Source of the DNA: a virus
Taxonomy: Duplodnaviria > Heunggongvirae > Uroviricota > Caudoviricetes
DNA: 8,403 bases
Virus record (IMG/VR): IMGVR_UViG_2802429224_000013
Direction: 5' to 3' (one strand)
The notes below the pieces were generated by a model. That model had not been told where the DNA came from. It searched no databases and worked only from the letters and a program-made list of their open reading frames with translations. The translations under genes and the position numbers were made by a program. Positions 6,714 through 8,403 of the stretch are shown here, piece by piece (within the stretch, counting starts at the first letter, position 1; each line of letters starts with the position of its first letter).

Positions 6714-7385
6714 ATGCTTTTAACAGAAATTGAGGCGGCAAAGCAGATTCGGGACGGTCAGCTACCGTCGCCTTATCAGTTTTCCAACATGTGGCTGATT
6801 AACCTGCGTATCACAGGAACCGGAATGGCCTATCGCGCCGAAGAAAAAGAATTTGTCTGGCGTTCACCGCAAACTTATCTCAATCCGCAGTTCCTGGAAC
6901 GTTGCGCCGGAGTACCCGTCATCATCGACCATCCCGAAAGCAAAACCCTTGAAGACGTGGGCGAACGGTCGCGCATTATTGGCACCGTCATGTTGCCGTA
7001 TATTCGCGGTGACGAGGTGTGGGGCGTATGCCGGATTTACGGGCAGGAAATCATCGATTACATCCAGAAAGCCCGGGGGGAGATATCCACCAGCCCGTCG
7101 GTTGTGTTTTGTGGTGCGTCCGGTGGGGCAGAAGTTCCTGATGTAATGGGCGAGGACAATTTTTTTATTGAGGGTACGCCATTTCTTATCGATCACGTTG
7201 CACTCGTACCGTTGGGCGTATGGGATAAGGGCGGGAAACCATCAGGTGTGGAAGTAACAACGCCGACAGAAGAAGAACAGCTCGCCGGAATGGTTCGTGA
7301 AGTTATTGATGCGGCCTGCAAGCCAGCCCTGGAAAAACTGGAAGAAATATCCGGGCGGCTGGCTCAACTGGAAAAAGAAGGGTGA
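6714..7385 (+). CDS. Hypothetical protein, 223 aa, with a C-terminal coiled-coil-like tail
   Basis: ATG at 6714 with a GGGGGA SD. The C-terminus (EEEQLAGMVREVIDAACKPALEKLEEISGRLAQLEKEG) looks helical or coiled-coil. No family recognised. Confidence 0.7.
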   Translation: MLLTEIEAAKQIRDGQLPSPYQFSNMWLINLRITGTGMAYRAEEKEFVWRSPQTYLNPQFLERCAGVPVIIDHPESKTLEDVGERSRIIGTVMLPYIRGDEVWGVCRIYGQEIIDYIQKARGEISTSPSVVFCGASGGAEVPDVMGEDNFFIEGTPFLIDHVALVPLGVWDKGGKPSGVEVTTPTEEEQLAGMVREVIDAACKPALEKLEEISGRLAQLEKEG

Positions 7386-7391
7386 GTCATA

Positions 7392-7919
7392 ATGCTAATG
7401 AGCAAGGCAGAATATGCCAAACACAAAGGCGTAAGCCGCCAGACAGTTTACGACTGGATCGAGAAAGGCGAAGTGATCATGTCTGGCAAAAAAATTGATG
7501 TGGAGGCGACAGAGCAGCGGAACAGCCCACCGGAACAAGGGAAAGACACCGTTTCTGAAATGTGGCCAGAAAGAACGCTGGAAATGACGTGGGGCGAGTT
7601 CTGGAAAGCAGTTAAGGCCAGAGACGGTAAAGACCCAGCGCCAGTAACTGACGATGATATAGAGCAGCGCGTGCGGAATGCAGCCGAAGAATTAGGCTGG
7701 GAAGTGCAATTTCTTGATGGTGGTGCTATCTGCCTTGAGGATTGCGACGGACAGCATTACTTTGAGCAATACGATTTGCTGGGTAATGCTCGTCTGGCAA
7801 TTCGTATGCTGCGTTGCGAACTCTGCTATGTTGCAGGTGATTATCCCGATGAACTGGAATCATGGAGTGAAGCCGGGCTAAACGCCCTGGCTGAATGGGA
7901 AAAATCAGACCATCAATGA
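7392..7919 (+). CDS. Protein with N-terminal AlpA/Nu1-type helix-turn-helix, 175 aa; candidate small-terminase-like or packaging-redirecting DNA-binding protein
   Basis: The N-terminus (MSKAEYAKHKGVSRQTVYDWIEKGEVI) resembles the winged-HTH start of lambda gpNu1 as recalled (KKQLADIFGASIRTIQNWQEQGMPV) and AlpA/excisionase-type HTHs. Its size is close to Nu1, and it is followed directly by a complex repeat array. Confidence 0.6.
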   Translation: MLMSKAEYAKHKGVSRQTVYDWIEKGEVIMSGKKIDVEATEQRNSPPEQGKDTVSEMWPERTLEMTWGEFWKAVKARDGKDPAPVTDDDIEQRVRNAAEELGWEVQFLDGGAICLEDCDGQHYFEQYDLLGNARLAIRMLRCELCYVAGDYPDELESWSEAGLNALAEWEKSDHQ

Positions 7920-7923
7920 CATC

Positions 7924-8215
7924 AAAAAGTGTCAAGTTGAGCAGCTTGCCAGGTTGACACTTTGCACTCTGAACGCGAAAAAGTGTCAACCTCGCTGTAA
8001 ACCCCGCCGTTACTGGCTTTGCGCCAGATTTACCACGTCAAAAAGCCGAAAAAAATCGCGAAAAGTGTCAAGTTGCCATGCTTAGAAATGCTAAGGTTTG
8101 ATAAGGTTTGATAAGGTTTTTCGCGAAAAAGTGTCAAGTGTGTCAACCTGCGATGTTAAGATTTGTTAAGGTCTCAAGCCGGAAAGTGTCAACCAGCCCC
8201 TAAGATTTCCTAAGG
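7924..8215. repeat. Array of GTGTCAA(G/C) motifs in both orientations, interleaved with TAAGG-type repeats; candidate packaging (cos/pac-like) or multi-operator site
   Basis: GTGTCAAG/C at 7929-7936, 7983-7990, 8065-8072, 8131-8138, 8140-8147 and 8186-8193, with an inverted copy GTTGACAC at 7953-7960; three share the longer CGCGAAAAAGTGTCAA context. Three tandem TAAGGTTTGA units at 8092-8120. TAAGATTTGTTAAGG (8157-8171) and TAAGATTTCCTAAGG (8201-8215) are near-identical 15-mers. A GC-rich core with a small hairpin (CTGGC tttgc GCCAG) lies at 7996-8032. Confidence 0.8.
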
Positions 8216-8223
8216 TGTAAATC

Positions 8224-8403
8224 ATGACCATCACCGAAGCCGATTTGCTGGAGATGATCCGCAGCATTGCCGGAATCAAACAACCTGCAAGCAAAATTAA
8301 CAGGTGTTCAGCGCCTGTTTCCGTTGTGCTGCAACAGGAACGCCACCAGCATGATGATGTGAGGCCGTATCAGTGGCGGAAACCGGATAGGCCACGACGG
8401 TGA
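8224..8403 (+). CDS. Small hypothetical protein, 59 aa
   Basis: ATG at 8224 with AAGGTG 7 nt upstream; this SD is the last TAAGG repeat. The TGA stop falls exactly on the last three bases of the window. Translation: MTITEADLLEMIRSIAGIKQPASKINRCSAPVSVVLQQERHQHDDVRPYQWRKPDRPRR. Below the ORF-track size cutoff. Confidence 0.45.
   Translation: MTITEADLLEMIRSIAGIKQPASKINRCSAPVSVVLQQERHQHDDVRPYQWRKPDRPRR

Noticed and set aside
5613-7989. ORFs 5613..5828, 5850..6074, 6001..6294, 6864..7196, 7726..7989 (minus strand) and 6168..6362, 6853..7146 (plus strand)
   Set aside because: Each overlaps a better-supported plus-strand gene or crosses the terminators or repeat array, and none has a good RBS.
7924-8215. 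CRISPR array
   Set aside because: The repeats are only 8-15 bp, irregularly spaced and in both orientations, with no spacer-like unique segments of uniform length.
1-8403. Classification as a P4-type satellite
   Set aside because: No alpha-type primase-helicase and no recognisable sid, psu or delta genes. The replication protein is RepA-like with GTGAGG iterons rather than P4-type ori/crr octamers.

Overview
This window reads as the replication, accessory and packaging modules of a phage-satellite-like or PICI-like integrative element of an enterobacterial type; every call is by eye from sequence and recalled family motifs, with no database search run. Left to right: (1) a minus-strand ribbon-helix-helix gene (489-662) divergent from a plus-strand operon, with two copies of a 14-bp palindromic site (659-702) between them; (2) a translationally coupled operon of five small unknown genes (793-2218) ending in a RepA-like P-loop helicase (2215-3627); (3) an iteron plus AT-rich origin-like region (3627-4015); (4) a three-gene operon of an unrecognised 257-aa protein, a ProQ/FinO-family RNA chaperone and a PerC-like regulator (4039-5650), closed by a clear intrinsic terminator; (5) a second operon (5852-7919) of four genes, the last with a lambda Nu1-like N-terminal helix-turn-helix; (6) a roughly 300-bp array of GTGTCAA and TAAGG repeats (7924-8215) followed by a 59-aa ORF that stops exactly at the window end. 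The strongest candidates for something undescribed are the 257-aa/FinO/PerC operon and the GTGTCAA/TAAGG repeat array. No integrase, tRNA, rRNA or CRISPR array was seen.
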